A stretch of DNA of 64,000 bases from the human T2T-CHM13v2.0 reference genome, Homo sapiens (GCF_009914755.1 NC_060936.1); one strand, 5' to 3'. Positions 14,201 through 28,551 are shown, numbered from the stretch's first letter. Made by a program: numbers and translations. The notes: generated from the letters alone by a model not told the origin.

Positions 14201-15959
14201 AGGAAAGGCAGCGACATTTCCTTCCTGGCAGCAGGAATTGAATAAACAATGTCCGAATAACTTAAAAACTCATCTTCTTTCCCAGACAGAAGGATTTGTA
14301 CAATTTCTCATTTGCTTTCAAAATAGTGCCTGTCTTGTCTCTGGAACAGGATACCATGGCTTAGCAATGAGACTAAAAGACCATTCCTTGCAGGGAATTA
14401 TAACTTCGGGGCCCCTGAGATGGTATGAAGAGTTTTACTATGTATGTGCTGCAGTTCCACAGGTTTTAGCAGATCTCCAAAGGGGTTTGTGACTCCCTCA
14501 CTCAAAAAGGGTAAGAACCACTGATGTGCAACCCTTCTTTTTTTGTGTAGGCCTGAACTGTCAACTCCCAAGAGTAGACTATTTTCCTGGTGCAGGCTCA
14601 GAAACCCAGTGGGCTCCAGAGATGTTACTAGAGGCCGAGCTGGAGCTAGAAGCCAGGTAGCCCAGGTGTCCAGACTCCTGGCCCAGCCTGCCTTCTCCCA
14701 CACCACTCTGGCTGATAAATCTGTGTTGAGGGTGAGGGAGAGAACACTGATGCATCCAGATTTGAATTCCAATGTTCACTTTGGGACTTGGATGTAAATC
14801 TGTTAGGTCTTAAGTCCGAAGGTGATGTGATTTATTGAAAAGAGCTTGGAAGTTGCTAAGCTCCCTGACAAATAAACCATGTCTCTCCATCTCAGGTCTG
14901 TGAAAACATGTATTTTAGGGACTTAGAAATCCCTTTGGAAAGCATTAGAATCTTCTGCTTGCAAGAGAGCCAAGCACACAGATACTTGTCTGGTAAAAAG
15001 ATGCTTGACCTTTTTGGGCAAGGAAATAATGAACGCACATGGCGATTAACCAACGACTCCCACACTGTTACCCCAATTCTTTCCAAAAAAAGGAAGATTT
15101 TTAGTTCCATGAGTTGTTGAGGGAGGATGTTATAGAAACCAACTTGGCATCAGAATACCCTAGAGAGTGCCCAAATCAGCTCCTTCATCATGTACTCGTC
15201 ACACCACCACCACCATCATCACTCACGCCCCATTGTTTCCAAGGTTTAGAAAGCTGCCTGCCTGTCTCACATGGAGAAGGAACCTTAGAAATCAGCCCAC
15301 TCTCATATTTTGGCTAAAGAGACCAAGAGGGTGGATGTCATTTCTCCATTCTCAAGTCGATCAAGTCTGAGAAGAGTTGAGATGCAAATCCGTATCTCTG
15401 ATTCTCAGCCCAGTGCTCCAGGCTAGGGAGGACTGTGGACTTACAGTGTTACCCCCCCGGGGTCATGGCCTTTGTGCTCCCATTGTCTGTGGCTGTAACC
15501 AAGGATAACGATACTAAGCCATCAGAAGCTAATGAGCACACAGCGCTTTGGAGACATGAAGATCTGAAAGGCTGCCTCATTATTATTGACGAGGATGATA
15601 ATGTGTAATATTTATACACCACCTTGACTGCTAATTTCCAAAGTGAAGGAGGAATTTAAGGACCCAGTCAGCTCTGTTGGTAGCGATGGCATTCTAGACA
15701 ACCTGGACAGAAGATCTCTGGTTGCTCCAAGTGCCTCTGGTCCCTGGATTCTAAGATGAGCACATCAGCAATCCAACCTTTGTATGGTGTGGACTCACTT
15801 CTTGCCAAGGAAACCCAGGAAAATGGGCAAGACTTGGGAGGGCTGGGAAAGATCACTTTGCGTATTCATAAACTCAACTAGTGTAGATTAACTGAAATGC
15901 CATATCACGCCTGATCACAGGCAAGCTTCCCTACCTCCAGTCCCGCCTATTTTGAGGCC

Positions 15960-16170
15960 AGACCTCCCTGGGTTTGAATCTCAGCTCTGCCATTTATTGG
16001 TTTTGGGATTTGGGGAAGGTCTTTAAGCTCTCTGTGCCTCAACATTCACAACTATAAAATGGGGATAATAACGCTGACTTTAGAGAGTTGTAATGATTAC
16101 AGGAGATAATGTATGTTAACACCTCGTACTGTGCCTGGCACGTGGTAGGCCTTCAGTGTAATTCTTATTA
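15960..16170 (+). mobile_element. MIR SINE
   Basis: 'ctgggtttgaatctcagctctgccattta...ctctgtgcctca...aaaatggggataata'. Confidence 0.8.
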
Positions 16171-16749
16171 CATTCTTATAACTGCCCCACAGGCTACATC
16201 ACTGGAGGGCAGGAAACTGGGGCCAAGTACCCTGTGGGAATCTGTCCTCCCATAGGGGGAGGTTAGGAGAACAGAATTCACCCATCAATTACGAGGTGAA
16301 AGTCAGCAGTCCAATTTTCCTACTTCCCAGGCATGTATAACATTTATTTAAATTATTTCAAGATAGTTCAAAGTTGTGTTTAAATCCTTGTTTACCAAGT
16401 GGGTACCTTCTGTAAATTAATATACTAACATTAAAAGATAAATATACATGTAATAATGAAAAATAGAGCCCAATGTTAAAAGTATTATAAATGATAATTT
16501 TCTAGGGAGGAATTCATTATTATCATTGGTGGAGTTATTCTGTCCCAAGCTTTGGTTCCTGCAGCTCACTTCACCTCCCAGGGCCTCAGTTATGTGTAAG
16601 AGAACAACTGTGGTTATTTCCAAGCTCAGACCTGAAGCCTTTCGGTTCCCCCTCGTCAGCTTCCGTGCTTTCAACCTGACCCATTCGTGAGGTTTGCCTG
16701 CCATGAGCAACCATGAGCACGGCCTTTAAGTTTGAAAGGCCAAGCCTTA

Positions 16750-17030
16750 GAGCAGTGTTCTCAAACTTGAACGTGCTTCAGAATCACCTGAATGCACACT
16801 GGTAGGTTGCTGGACCCCTCCCAAGAGTTACTGAGTCAGCAGGTTTGGGGTAGGGCCTGGGATTTTGCGTTTAACAAGCAATGTTGATGCTGCTGGTCCC
16901 AGACCTCACTTTGGGAACTACTGTATTAGAACTACTTTTGACCTCAGATGTCCACTAGAACCACCTGAGGGTTAAAAAAAATCAATTCCCAGGCTGCACC
17001 CCAGGCGAATTAAATTGGGACCTCAGAGGC
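16750..17030 (+). mobile_element. Two adjacent MER5-family MITEs
   Basis: 'cagtgttctcaaacttga...agaatcacctg...cactttgggaactactg', then 'ctagaaccacctgaggg...ccaggctgcacccca'. Confidence 0.7.
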
Positions 17031-17107
17031 TGGTACTCAGAGAGACAGCAGTGTCATGCACTGAACTGACTTAGGTGTTGATAACCCCAGGCTGATGCGG
17101 GAAAGAT

Positions 17108-17270
17108 TAGGGGTCAGCAAACTTTTTCTATAAAGGACCTGTTAGTATATATTTTTGGCTTTGCAGGCCACATATGGTTTCTGCAGTATATTCTTCTTTG
17201 CTTTTTGTTTGTTTGTTTCAAATCTTCGAATATGTAAAAAATAATTCTTAGCTTTCAGGTCATAGCGTAA
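17108..17270 (+). mobile_element. MER58-like hAT MITE
   Basis: 'aggggtcagcaaactttttctataaagg...ggctttgcaggccacat'. Confidence 0.7.
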
Positions 17271-18261
17271 AAACAGTTTTGGAGCCCTGGAGAATTTGCA
17301 TCAACCAGGCACGTATCTGTCAAATTTAATGATGAAAATAGCTACTCACAATTAGCATTATTTATACAATAAATTAAAACCAAGGTGAATGTGGATAATT
17401 TAAACGAATTAAAGGTACAATGCAAATGTGGCTTCTCCTTACCAAACTTTTACTGTTACCCATCACTGCTCTTTCTAACCGAGTTCTCCTTTCTGAAAAA
17501 GAGGAGAGGGGTTTCCTTCTGCCTCCGCCCCCTTTCTGGTTCAGTGTACTAGCATTTGATTCCCTGTACTTGCGAGTTGAAAGCCCTTAGCTATCTGCTC
17601 AGTGCTGTCAGAAAGTGTTAATTGCCTTTCTAGGATTTCATTCTCTCCCAGTGCTTCCAGTTCTAACTTCCTGTCTCACCCTCTCTCTCCACACAGAGGA
17701 GTTTCTTTCTTCTGGAAAGCCTGGCTTAGAAGCCTCTGCATGTACAAAAAAGGATCCCCAAATGCGGAGTTATCTGGCACTTTCTCACATCCTCTTCCTT
17801 GTGCCTCTCTTCTCTCCCAAAGAGTACTCCCTCAATAACTAAGCCACTCCCTCCTTCCCTCCTGCCCTGCCTCATCCCAACCTATCTGCTCAGCTTTGGT
17901 ATAAAAATGGTCATGCCTAGAACAGCAAGTGAGTATCTGAATGGGCCTAAGAACTCCTAGAAGTTTTTTACTTTTCAATCTGTTCCAAATCTCAGACAGA
18001 CAAAATGGACAATTCCACCTCTACTCCGATCATTTGCTTTTAGAACCTGTTAGTAAAACACCTAAGCTCTTAAAAATGTAAATGACGTAAAGCAGGAGGG
18101 TGGAGATCTGGATATATTAATAGAAATGGAAGCCTCCATCATTTTCTAAACATACAAATGACTAACTTGAATCCTAGGGCCCTTGGATGGCCCACCTGTT
18201 GAAAGGACTTGTGTTGCCTTAACTGGGCCACCATTTAAAAATGTGACCACAAAGCCTTGAG

Positions 18262-18840
18262 GCAGGGCTGGCTTCATGGGTGTGCAACATGTGTGGGCTC
18301 ACAGGCTCACATTTGGAAGGACCCTGCATTTGGTTTAATGTCCTGCTGTTGGCATCTTGAAATTCTTGATAATTTCAAATTTGAACTTGTGTCTCATAAG
18401 TGAAGTCCAGTGGGACAGTGGGACATGAACATTAGCTGAAGACATGTGCATATGTGTGTCCGTGCCTTCCTGCTCTCTATTTGCATATGGTGTTCACGAT
18501 GCCTGTGAGCACAGAATTCCAGGGATCCACAGTGCATGGGAGCTCAGAGAACCTCAAAGTGAGCCCAAGACAAGATCTCTGCGACAGAGTAAACAGGTCG
18601 TTCACAGCACTGAAAAGCCACACTCTATGTTGGAATCAGAACTTTGTTCAAATGCAGAAAGATATACATTCTAAGAAACACGAACAACTGAGGAATCTTA
18701 TGATATCCTATCCTTTCTCATTTGTGTTGCTTCCTGCTTTAACCAACCACTAACGCCAAAATGATGACATAGAAGGAAAAAAAAATAGGGTCATGGATAG
18801 TTCCCTTTTCCTTTCATCCCTCTTAACTTATTGTTAGGCA
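18262..18840 (+). mobile_element. MER45B-like hAT-Tip100 element, partial
   Basis: Starts 'cagggctggcttcatgggtgtgcaac...ggtttaatgtcctgctgttggcatcttgaaattct'. Confidence 0.65.
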
Positions 18841-18855
18841 TTTCAAGGAATTCTT

Positions 18856-19091
<236 letters not shown>

Positions 19092-19329
19092 TTAGAAAAA
19101 AAAATTACATTATCTTATTTAACCACATAGCCGGTATGGTAGCTAGACTGTACAGCCTTTTTGGCAAGTAGAAGTTTAAGTTTCCATAAATATTCTTGAA
19201 ATGCTATAAAGAGATTTCTCTTTCATAGCTGCCTTTCATAGATAAGTAGTAGGGTTTTGACCTTTGTCCTGTACCCTGGTTTTAGAATAATAGTCCTCAA
19301 CACTACCTGAGAATAGAATTATGTTTCTT

Positions 19330-19452
19330 ATTGTGGAGACGGGGCCTTGCTCTGTTGCCCAGGCTGGTCTTGAATTCCTGGGCTCAAGCGATCTTCCTGC
19401 TTCAGCCTCACAAAGTGTTAGGGTTACGGGCATGAGCCACTGCACCCGGCCC
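19330..19452 (-). mobile_element. FLAM / AluJ left monomer
   Basis: 'gttgcccaggctggtcttgaattcctgggctcaagcgatc...tgcacccggcc'. Confidence 0.85.
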
Positions 19453-20879
19453 CTTTCTGAGCCTTTTAAACACACTGGAATTCTGTTAGTAAATGACCTA
19501 AACTGATGTTTTTAAAAATGTAAATGATATAAAGCAGAAAGCTAGACACTGGATAGTAAAACCAAACTATTAGTGATATGGCCTTTCATTAATATTTTAA
19601 AGATACAGAGTCAAATTCTCATTTATATGGAAGTCTGGCTGACAAAAGTCTTTCAAACGATGAAGTCCATGTTTAGCAATAGTAAATTGGAACGAGGCTG
19701 AGAGCCACTAGGGTTTATCCCACGCCACCATCAATGGGGGCCCCTACTCAATGCTTCAGAACAGACTGGGGAACCATCAAAGCAATTCTCCCGAACATTT
19801 CCTGAGCCTCTGTAACATCCTCAATTTTCGGCATTTCACAATAAGGACACTTCAGCTCTAAGCAGGGCCATGCGCTTGCACATGAGCGGTGAGGAAGGGA
19901 GAGGAGGCTGTTGGGGTGCAGACACTTTCCTTCCCATAGTTGTCTGTGGGGAGTAGCATGGAAGTAACAGTTGGAAAGGGAAGAAAGGGGGTGCCTGTTT
20001 GGCCTGGGGCCTAACCAGCAGGAGGTCACAGACCTCTGGACTACTGACAGAGGAGACCAGCATCAGACAATCCCATAGCGGTCACCATCTGAGAGCCCCC
20101 TCCTCACCATGGGCCCTTTTCCAAACCACTTCACTGTGGTCATCAGACACTTGGGTGCTCCATACCCTCTACTGAGTTCAGCTCAGGCAGGCATCCATGC
20201 ACCTCACTAGGAGTTACAGGTCATTTTCTCCATTTACAGATGAGGAAACTGAAGCTTAGTGAGGTCACATAACACAGGGAAGTTCTCACGGAGAGGAAGG
20301 GGCATAGCCAGGATCCACGCCTGGACCATCTACCCCCACAGCTGAGCTCTCCTGCCACCCTTGCTGCCTGCTGCCTTCGCCTGCAGGCTCTGCCCACCTT
20401 TCCTTTTTGGGAGCTCCAGGTGTGGCCAGGTGGGTGCCACTCAATCTGCACTGGGCTGTTTTCTCACCTATTCTTGGGTGTAAGTTTAATCTCTTCAACA
20501 ACTAGCACTCAGCATTCAGGGGCTGGGTCCTGATGCATTTCTTAGGGCCTGGAGGTTCAAGCTTATAGCAGACACTTGGTGAATATTTGTGCACAGTGTA
20601 TATTTGTTGCCCCCTCTGCAACTCTATCTGTGCTGTGGTGTGTGAGTCCAGAAACACACCAAAGTCAGCCAGAGTGGGGACATGTACAAGAAGCAAAGGA
20701 GTGTCAAAAGGAGTGAACAGAGGGCCCAGTTCTTTGCTCCCATATTCTCTCCATTTGTCTCCACAATCTCCCTTAATAGCCCTCCTAAACCAACCAAACA
20801 AAACAATGATGCCCCCTTGTCTGTTGCGGGCATGGCCAGTAATGCTCCTCGCATGGGGCTTAGAAAAGGGAGAGGTAAT

Positions 20880-21202
<323 letters not shown>

Positions 21203-22114
21203 CTAGGTTCTGTGCCCCAAACCTGGGCACAGTGTTGGACACAGCAGTTGCCCTACCATTTCCAAGTGTATTTATAGAAAAAAACAGCACGAGACAATGT
21301 TTTACATGGAGACGAGCTTGGAAACCCTAGGATGCATGGCTGCTGTAAATACAGGCCAAGGCTGGTGCACCACGTGGCTGTCCTGCAGGCTCAGCACTCG
21401 CCCAGAGAGCAGAGCTCCCCTGCACTGCCAACTACTCAAGCAAGACAATGCTGAGTGGGCATCTCCTGGGGATGAGGCACATCTGGGCAGGCTGCCTGGG
21501 AACATACCCAACAGAGGACGACGACAAACACAGTCACCTTAAATAAGGAGCTATCAAATATCCATGTGTGGTTTCTCCACCTTGCAGATGTTTTGTGTTT
21601 TTTCCCTGTCCAGGGCCTGTCTCTCCCATGGATCAGAGTTCCCACATAGCCCTTGCTACCGTATTGTATGCAAAATCGTTTTCATATTAACTCCAACCAA
21701 AAATTCAGGAAATTAAATCAGTTGCATAAAAATTGCTGTGGATCAATGCCATGGCCAAACCGAAATGAGCCGAGGAACAACCACTCTGTGTGCGTGAATC
21801 CTGCCTGTGACCCTCACAGAAGGCCAAGTGTGCATTACTTCCAGGTGCCGTACAACTGTTTCAACTTGGAGCTGAAAAGATGAAAAGACCCCTTGAAGTC
21901 TTCTGGTGCAATGGCTTTCTAGTTTTATTTTAGTGGGAGAACACTTTCTTCAAAGGAAATCCTACCTGGAAGCCGGCATGTAACTTAGATGAACCCCAAG
22001 CTGCTGGTGTGAGGGATCCAGGGCCATGGGGCTTGCTCTCCCCGTCCAAAGCTCCTAGGAGCACAGTTTGAAAAACAGGCATGCATCATCCCCAGCCCCT
22101 TGTTAACCTCTTTG

Positions 22115-22420
22115 TTCACTCATTCACACAACCATATTTCTTGAGCACCTACTGTGTCTAGGTGCTGGTGAGCCAGCAGGTGACAGGACAAACACAGTCT
22201 CCGCTTTCATTAAGCTCACACTGTAGTAGGACGTGGCAAAGGGAAGTTCAGAAAGGGTGGCCCGTGCCACAGAGGAAACAGATCACGGAAGTGATGTGAA
22301 CGTGACGAGGAGGTGGCCACTTTAGATGGGGATAAGGACAGGCCTCTCTGAGGAAGTGAAACACAAGCTGAGATCAGAATGACAATCTGGAAAGATGCCC
22401 TGTTTTGGACCAATGAGGAA
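22115..22420 (-). mobile_element. L2 3' fragment
   Basis: 'cactcattcacacaaccatatttcttgagcacctactgtgtctaggtgctgg'. Confidence 0.7.
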
Positions 22421-22570
22421 GCAGACCCAGTGAGGCAAAGCAACCTTCCCCAGGACATGGCGGGCAGGGGCACAGCTGGGACCTGACTTGGGTTTCCAGC
22501 ATCCTCCACCCAGGGCTCTTCGCTTTCACAGACATTACTAAACAGCTACCACATACAAAGATGTCTCAGT

Positions 22571-22763
22571 GGGCCCTGTGCAATGGTTCACACCTGTAAT
22601 CCCAGCACTTTGGAAGGCTGAGGGAGGTGGATCGCCCGAGGTCAAGAGTTAGAGACCAGCCTGGCCAACATGGTGAAACTCTTTCTCTACTAAAAATACA
22701 AAAAGTAGCCAGGTGTGGTGGCGGGCGCCTGTAATCCCACTCCATCTCAAAAAAAAAAAAAAA
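22571..22763 (+). mobile_element. AluS with most of the right arm deleted
   Basis: 'gcctgtaatcccac' joins directly to 'tccatctc' and poly-A; 'tctcagtg' on both flanks. Confidence 0.88.
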
Positions 22764-24573
22764 ATTCTCAGTGACAGGTGACATCCAAGGGCAGATAAAC
22801 CACCAAACCATGTCCTGCTGTTTGGTGCTGTCTGGCGTGACTCTTCCCTCCCCTCCCCTCCCCTCCTCAGCTGGGGCCAGGGCTGGCTCTGGATCTGAAG
22901 GCTCTATACCGCAAAAGACAGAGGCCTGCAGTTGACACCCTAGATCTGTGACCTTGGCTGGGAACGCTTCTTCATCTCCTATCTCTCCGGCTGCAAACAG
23001 GAGGGTGTTCCTTACTGCTTCATTTGGCATAAAGGTAAAAGCAAGATGGTGGGCATAAGCCCACTGGTTCATCTGGAGGATGGCTCTCTGGAAAGGCAAA
23101 GTGCTCCAGGGCGATTTAAAGACAGCAAAGCCAGTTTTCCTCCTGTGCTATAGAAGGCATTCATACAAGAACTATGAGAAACTACACAGGTCTATACATA
23201 TTTTACACGCAAGAGTCAGACACTCCTGCTGTGCTGAATATGACAGGAAGCAGCCTGCAAATGGCTCGCCTACTATCCACAAACCAAACAGCTCCAGGCC
23301 ACCCAAGCACTCCCCAGACCACCAATTCTGCACCTGTGGCCCAGCAGTGCCCCTGGCCCTGGGAACCTTACTGCTGCCAAAGCACTTTCAGGCATTGACC
23401 AATGGGAGCTTCCAGCCTCCTTGGGAGATAAGCCAGTGATTATCAGTCCCATTTTGCACACAGAGTAACTGAGCCCCAGACGACCTTTCCAGGCAACAAA
23501 GCGAATGACACAGTGACAACCACTAAGTTCCAATTCAAATCCAGGTCTCCAGACTCCAGCTGCTGCTTTCCACTACAAGCTGCCCCCAAATCGAACACAC
23601 CCTGGCCTAATACCACCCTCATTCTCCTGCCACCCCACCCTCCGCCTGCATACACCCGATGCCCCAGAGTGCACTTAGGACTTTTTTCAGAAGCTGCCTC
23701 TTCTCACAACCCCACCTCAGAATACTTGCCACACACTGCAGACCCCTGGGACACTATTCCTGCACACACAGCAGCTGAGACCTATGTTAAGATGCTGTCC
23801 GGCCGAACCCAATTGAGCCGCCTCCCTTTCACACTTTCCAGCCAATGCACACGTTAACACTGCACATATCGCCTCGGAAAGCTATACACCCCAAAACCTC
23901 CAGACCCTCCTCCTTTCATAGGAGCCAGCCAGCTGCATGTGCAGGGATGGGCACACAAACAGGTGACAGGGCCTGCATAATCATGTTGCCACACATGCAC
24001 AGACGTGCCCAGGGAACACAGGACCTCCCTGTACAGGCAGCCTGACCCACTGGGAACAACGTGCACCACACACAGCAGGTGCCTGCATTTAGCAGACTCT
24101 GTGTTGCGTGGGGCAGGCAGCCACGACCTGTCCACATCTAGCTAAGCCGACTTTGAGCCTGTCGGCTATGCTTGTGCACAAGAGGCAGCTACTGGAATTC
24201 AGGGTGGGCGAAGAGAGTGACATTTTGAAGAGGGACAGCCATGTCCCGGGAGGGCACACGGCCCCCAGAGGCCCAGAGCTCTTCCCAAGGCACAAGTGCA
24301 GAAGGCGGACTCAGGCGTGTGGTTAAGGACCCCCTGCTGCGGGCCCCTGCACACACCAACGCGTGCTCCCACGCGCCGCGACTCCCCCGGGATGCCTGCC
24401 CCACTCCTATCCGCAGCCAGCGTCCCCCTGCCCGCCGGCCCCGCCACGGTCCATCAGGGACTGCGGGCGGCGGAGGTGGCGGCGCCTTGCCGGGACCCCC
24501 AGCCTCCCTCCCCCGCCCCCGGCGCCCCACCCCACGCGGGCGCGCTTCTCCCGCCGCAGCCGCCCGCGCTCAC

Positions 24574-24680
24574 CTGGCCCGGACACGGGGCTCCGCCACG
24601 CGGTGATGGAAGCTGAGCCTAGAGAGGCGGAGAGCGGCGGCTCGCAGGGCCACCCAGCGGCACACGGCCCGCGCCTCGGC
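24574..24680 (-). other. Putative non-coding first exon, proximal (5' end approximate)
   Basis: Donor CCAG|GTGAGC with the last exon base at 24574; no ATG in the exon; GC box just upstream. Confidence 0.6.
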
Positions 24681-24769
24681 CCGCCCCTTCCTTGCCGGCC
24701 GGGGGAGTGTCCGCGCGCCTCCAGCCCGCCCCGCGCCCCGCTGCGGTGCCCAGTGCCCGCCGTCCTCAC

Positions 24770-25000
24770 CTGGCCAGCGGGACGCGCCCGGGAACCCCGC
24801 ACGCGGGCGGGCCGCCTCTTTGTTAGCAAGTTTGCCTTTCTGTGATTCAGAGCACGCGGAGCGAATTAAGCGGAGTGAGGGGTACTGTGCGACTGTCTGC
24901 GGGAAACCTGCGGGGAGCGCGGGAAGGGATGGACTTGATGAGCCGCGGCGCAGCGGCTTTCAAACCTCCCCGCGCTCCGCAGCCCCCAGCCCCCGCCCTA
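24770..25000 (-). other. Putative alternative first exon, distal (5' end approximate)
   Basis: Donor CCAG|GTGAGG with the last exon base at 24770. Confidence 0.5.
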
Positions 25001-25719
25001 CCCGCCCTCTCAGATCCCTCTGTCTCCTGCCTAGGTCGGCCCCTGGGAGAGGTTGGCTCCTGGGGGTTCCCAGGGACTTTAGGGACAAGGTTTGATGACA
25101 TAGAGCTTCCCCACGCCCCCTTCCTCCCCTCCCCTCATCCTCCGCCCCGCGACTCCCATCACTGCCCTGTCCCTCTCAGGGTCCTGGGGACCATCGGCCC
25201 TGCATTCCCTGGGCTCAGGGAGAATCAAGATTCTTCCTAATCTGGAGCAAAAAGAGTAGACGGTAGGGCCCAGCTGTCCCTGCCTGCACCCAGTGGAGGT
25301 GCAAAGCTGTCCCTAAGTGGGTCTGTCCTAGCAGTGGGGCGTGCATTATGGGTTATTTCCCAGAGCAACGGTGGCCTTGTGCTTATCCAACCATGTTCTT
25401 TTGAAACTTGACTGCAGCGAGCCGGGTTATCCATATACCAGGTTGCTAGGTCAGGGAGGCCGCTACTGGGGGGCAGGGAACGCGAAGCACGCCACTGTGC
25501 CCCAGAGCACCAGTGCTCTCAATGCCGCAGCTGACCGCTGGGAAAGGCTTCGCACAGGGCCATGCGGGAAGGAGATGACAGCCACAGTCCCCTGAGATGA
25601 AGACCTGAATGCAGAAGCTGCCGCGAAGGAGTCCCCAGAGCTTGCTGTGCGCGGTGCAGGAGGAGGAGTGTGCTGGGGGTGAGGGGGTAAAAACCTGAAG
25701 TCTGGAGGAGACCTGGAGT

Positions 25720-26990
25720 GATGTGAGGTTGAGTTTCGTGTGGGGCAAGCCGGGTTTGAGAAGCAGGCCACCTTCTTCCAGGGGCACACATCCAGCAAAT
25801 GCAGTGGGAATGACCTGTGGTTCTTAGGAGAGAGGCTGAGGCAAGAGATGCGATTTTTGGAATCATCTGGAAAGAAGTTGGGCTGACAAGAGAAGAAATG
25901 GAGCGAGAGGGTAGAAAAGATAGAGAGAACAGGGCTGAAGACAGAAGCTGTCTAAGGAGGGGAAGGAGCCCATGAGAGAAACAATGTGGGAGGGTCGGGA
26001 CTGTGCAGAGTGAAAGAACTCAGGAGAAGAGGGATGTTCAGTGGGGGCCTGGGCTACAGAGACACCAGGAAGGAGGTGCCCAAGAAAACAGGTTTAGATT
26101 TGGAAATCAGGAGATCTCTGGGGGCTTTCAAGAGAATTATTTGAGTGGTGGGTTGTGTAGACAAGATTGCCACTCCTTGGGGGGCATCAGGATCCTGGAT
26201 CCAGTTGGTTGATCCAGGGACACAAAGGTTCATTTCTTTGATTTCCTTCACGGGGACTCCGAAGGGCCTCCCCAGAGCCACAGCTTCCAGAGGGATCTGA
26301 CGAGGCCTCTGTGGAAAGCAACGCAGTTCAAGTTCAGTCTCTGCCTAATCCTGTTTTCCTCACTCTCTCAAGGTGAGTGAGGTCTATGGGGGTAAGCCCC
26401 CCCGCCTCCCCGTAGACCTCCTGGAATGCCTGGAACAGCTCAGCAACCTGGGCACAGGTGGCTTGAGACAACCTAGCCATTCGGGCCTGCTGCCAGAGTG
26501 AACGCCACAGGGAGGCCTGCCGGGTCTGGGGAGCATGAGCTGGTCAGGCCCCCAGTAGACCCCTTGCAGGCTGATCTCCATCTCCATGCAGAGTCTGTAT
26601 CCTAGAAATCCAACCTGAGATCCTGCGGCACCGAGAAAGGGTGAGTGAAACAGAGAAAAGGTGGGATGGAGGGAAGAACAGAGGTGGGAACCACTCAGCA
26701 GGAGCAAGAAGGGGTGATGGTGGGAGACAGGCAGGAAGGAGTAGGCGTGTGATTTGATGCCTCTCCCCTCCACCTCCAAGGAAGCTGTTTCAAGAGATAG
26801 GAATTGTCAGAAAAAGCCGGAGAAGGTGGTGTTAAAGGAAAACATTGAGAATGGGGAGTGAAGACGAGGGTTTTTCGTAGCAGAAGATGGATCTTCGAAA
26901 GCCAGGAGGCAGAGGAGAGCAACGCTGTCGGTGAGATAAAGGTGAAGGGAAGCTGATATTCCCTGAAGTTAGTAATATTAAAACAGTACT
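25720..26990 (-). mobile_element. L2 fragments with an LTR16-like ERVL LTR remnant (~26240-26622)
   Basis: Purine-rich antisense L2 sequence ('gatttggaaatcaggagatctctggggg'); LTR16-like 'ctgcctaatcctgttttcctcactc' and 'atctccatctcc...agagtctgtatcctagaaatccaacctgaga'. Confidence 0.55.
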
Positions 26991-27124
26991 GAAGAAAGAG
27001 AAAGTTGGAAAATGGTCTAGAGGGACCTTTTAGCAACATGAGAGGGCGAGGGATGAATGGAGCTCTGGACCAGGATATTCCCTCTGCAGCACCATCCCTG
27101 GGAACGTCAGACGTCTGGGGTAGT

Positions 27125-27640
27125 GAACCAACAAAAATAGAATATGCAATTAACAATTTCCCAGGAATCATGTTTACACACGTAAAAAAAAAGAGAAATA
27201 GGTGAAAGTAATTTCAATGATGTATTTTATTTAACACAATATATTTTAGATATGTTTTAAATAATATATATCATTAAAATTGATGTGTCAATATACAAAA
27301 TTAATAATGAGCCGTACATTTTTTTCCTTCTAAGTCTTCCAACTCTGGTGTGTATTTTACCTGTATTGCACATCTAAGTTCAGACACTAAATTTTCTTTG
27401 GAAATACCCGATCTGTACTTAGATTTCATAACATTGATGGTTGAAGAAGCTCATTTACAAACCTAAATTGCCCCATATATACCTATGCTTTCTAATAACA
27501 GAATAAAATGATCAGTCTTTAAGTTAATTAAAATGAAATGAAATAAAAAACCCCGCTCTTCAGTTGCATGGAGCACCTCTCCAGTGTTCAGTGGCCCCAC
27601 ATGTGGCTAGTGGCTACTAGATCGGACCACACAGGTCTAG
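27125..27640. mobile_element. MER33/Charlie-family hAT element
   Basis: 'aaagagaaataggtgaaagtaatttcaatgatgtattttatttaac...atgtggctagtggctact'. Confidence 0.7.
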
Positions 27641-28550
27641 AATTGGAATTCTGAGACTTTTGGATTTTGGCTTTTATTTTGTCCTGATTTTCTGTGAAGG
27701 AATGGGCTTGCCTGCCCCCAGTGCTGTACCACTAAAAAGATCCTCATCTGTTCCATCTCATTTCACAAAACTCACTTGAAGAAGACGAGGGAGAAGTCTG
27801 AGAGTCCATCTATGAATAGGGAAATGGGGCTTTGGCTTGGACTAGAAATGGTATGAAGGAGATGAGATATGAGTTGGAAGTATCCCGTTTTGATTTTTGT
27901 TCTATGTTCATAAGAGGAACGAGGTTTATTTGTCAGGTTGGGTGCCCCAAAGAGCGAACCGAGAGTGCGCTGTGATAATGCACGGGGCAACTCTTTCTTG
28001 CACAAACTCTCATCTTAGTAGTTTCCGTTGAGCTCTGGGCACTGGCTGCGTCACAAACAGGTGGACGCAGCTGCTATATCTAGGCCTCATTTTCTGCATC
28101 TGCAAACTGGGAGAGTAGTTCCTTATTTGGAAAAATAGGAGGGACCAGGGAAATCCCAGATTTGGAGACGGGTGCCTCTCAGCCAGGCCTGTAGCTCATC
28201 TGCTGTCCCTAGCTGGGTGCCAGCAGCTTCTGCATTCAGTCCACAGTCTGGTACCATTTGCCTGCCTTTATATCTGATGGGAGAGATCTGTCATGGGATG
28301 CAGGAGTGAGGGACGTTCTAGATACTCCTTTAGAAATGTAAAAATAATAATACTTAGGCATCCTTGCTTTTATCTGAAATGGCCTACATCTCTTGCTACT
28401 TGGAGGTTCAGGATAGATCTTGTGAGACCTCCTGCCTGCCAGCACAGGGCCTGATAGCCTTACCATGCAGCAGCAGTATCTATAACCATCCCTAGAAGTG
28501 GAGTCACAGAAAATACCATGGTAATTGTGGCTTTGTTTTGAGGATGGTTA

Positions 28551-28551
<1 letters not shown>

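Larger units (their letters stand above)
24240..25150 (-). promoter_or_regulatory. CpG island promoter of an unidentified minus-strand gene
   Basis: Very high GC and CpG density, GC boxes (ggcccgcccc at ~24679) and two consensus minus-strand donors GGCCAG|GTGAG. Confidence 0.85.

Noticed and set aside
24240-25150. Naming the gene (the architecture recalled KIAA0040, among others)
   Set aside because: I could not match recalled exon sizes or sequence and there is no coding exon in the window, so the symbol is left blank.
24189-25240. Overlapping Pro/Arg/Ala-rich ORFs on both strands
   Set aside because: Stop-poor GC-rich CpG island; no recognisable domain.
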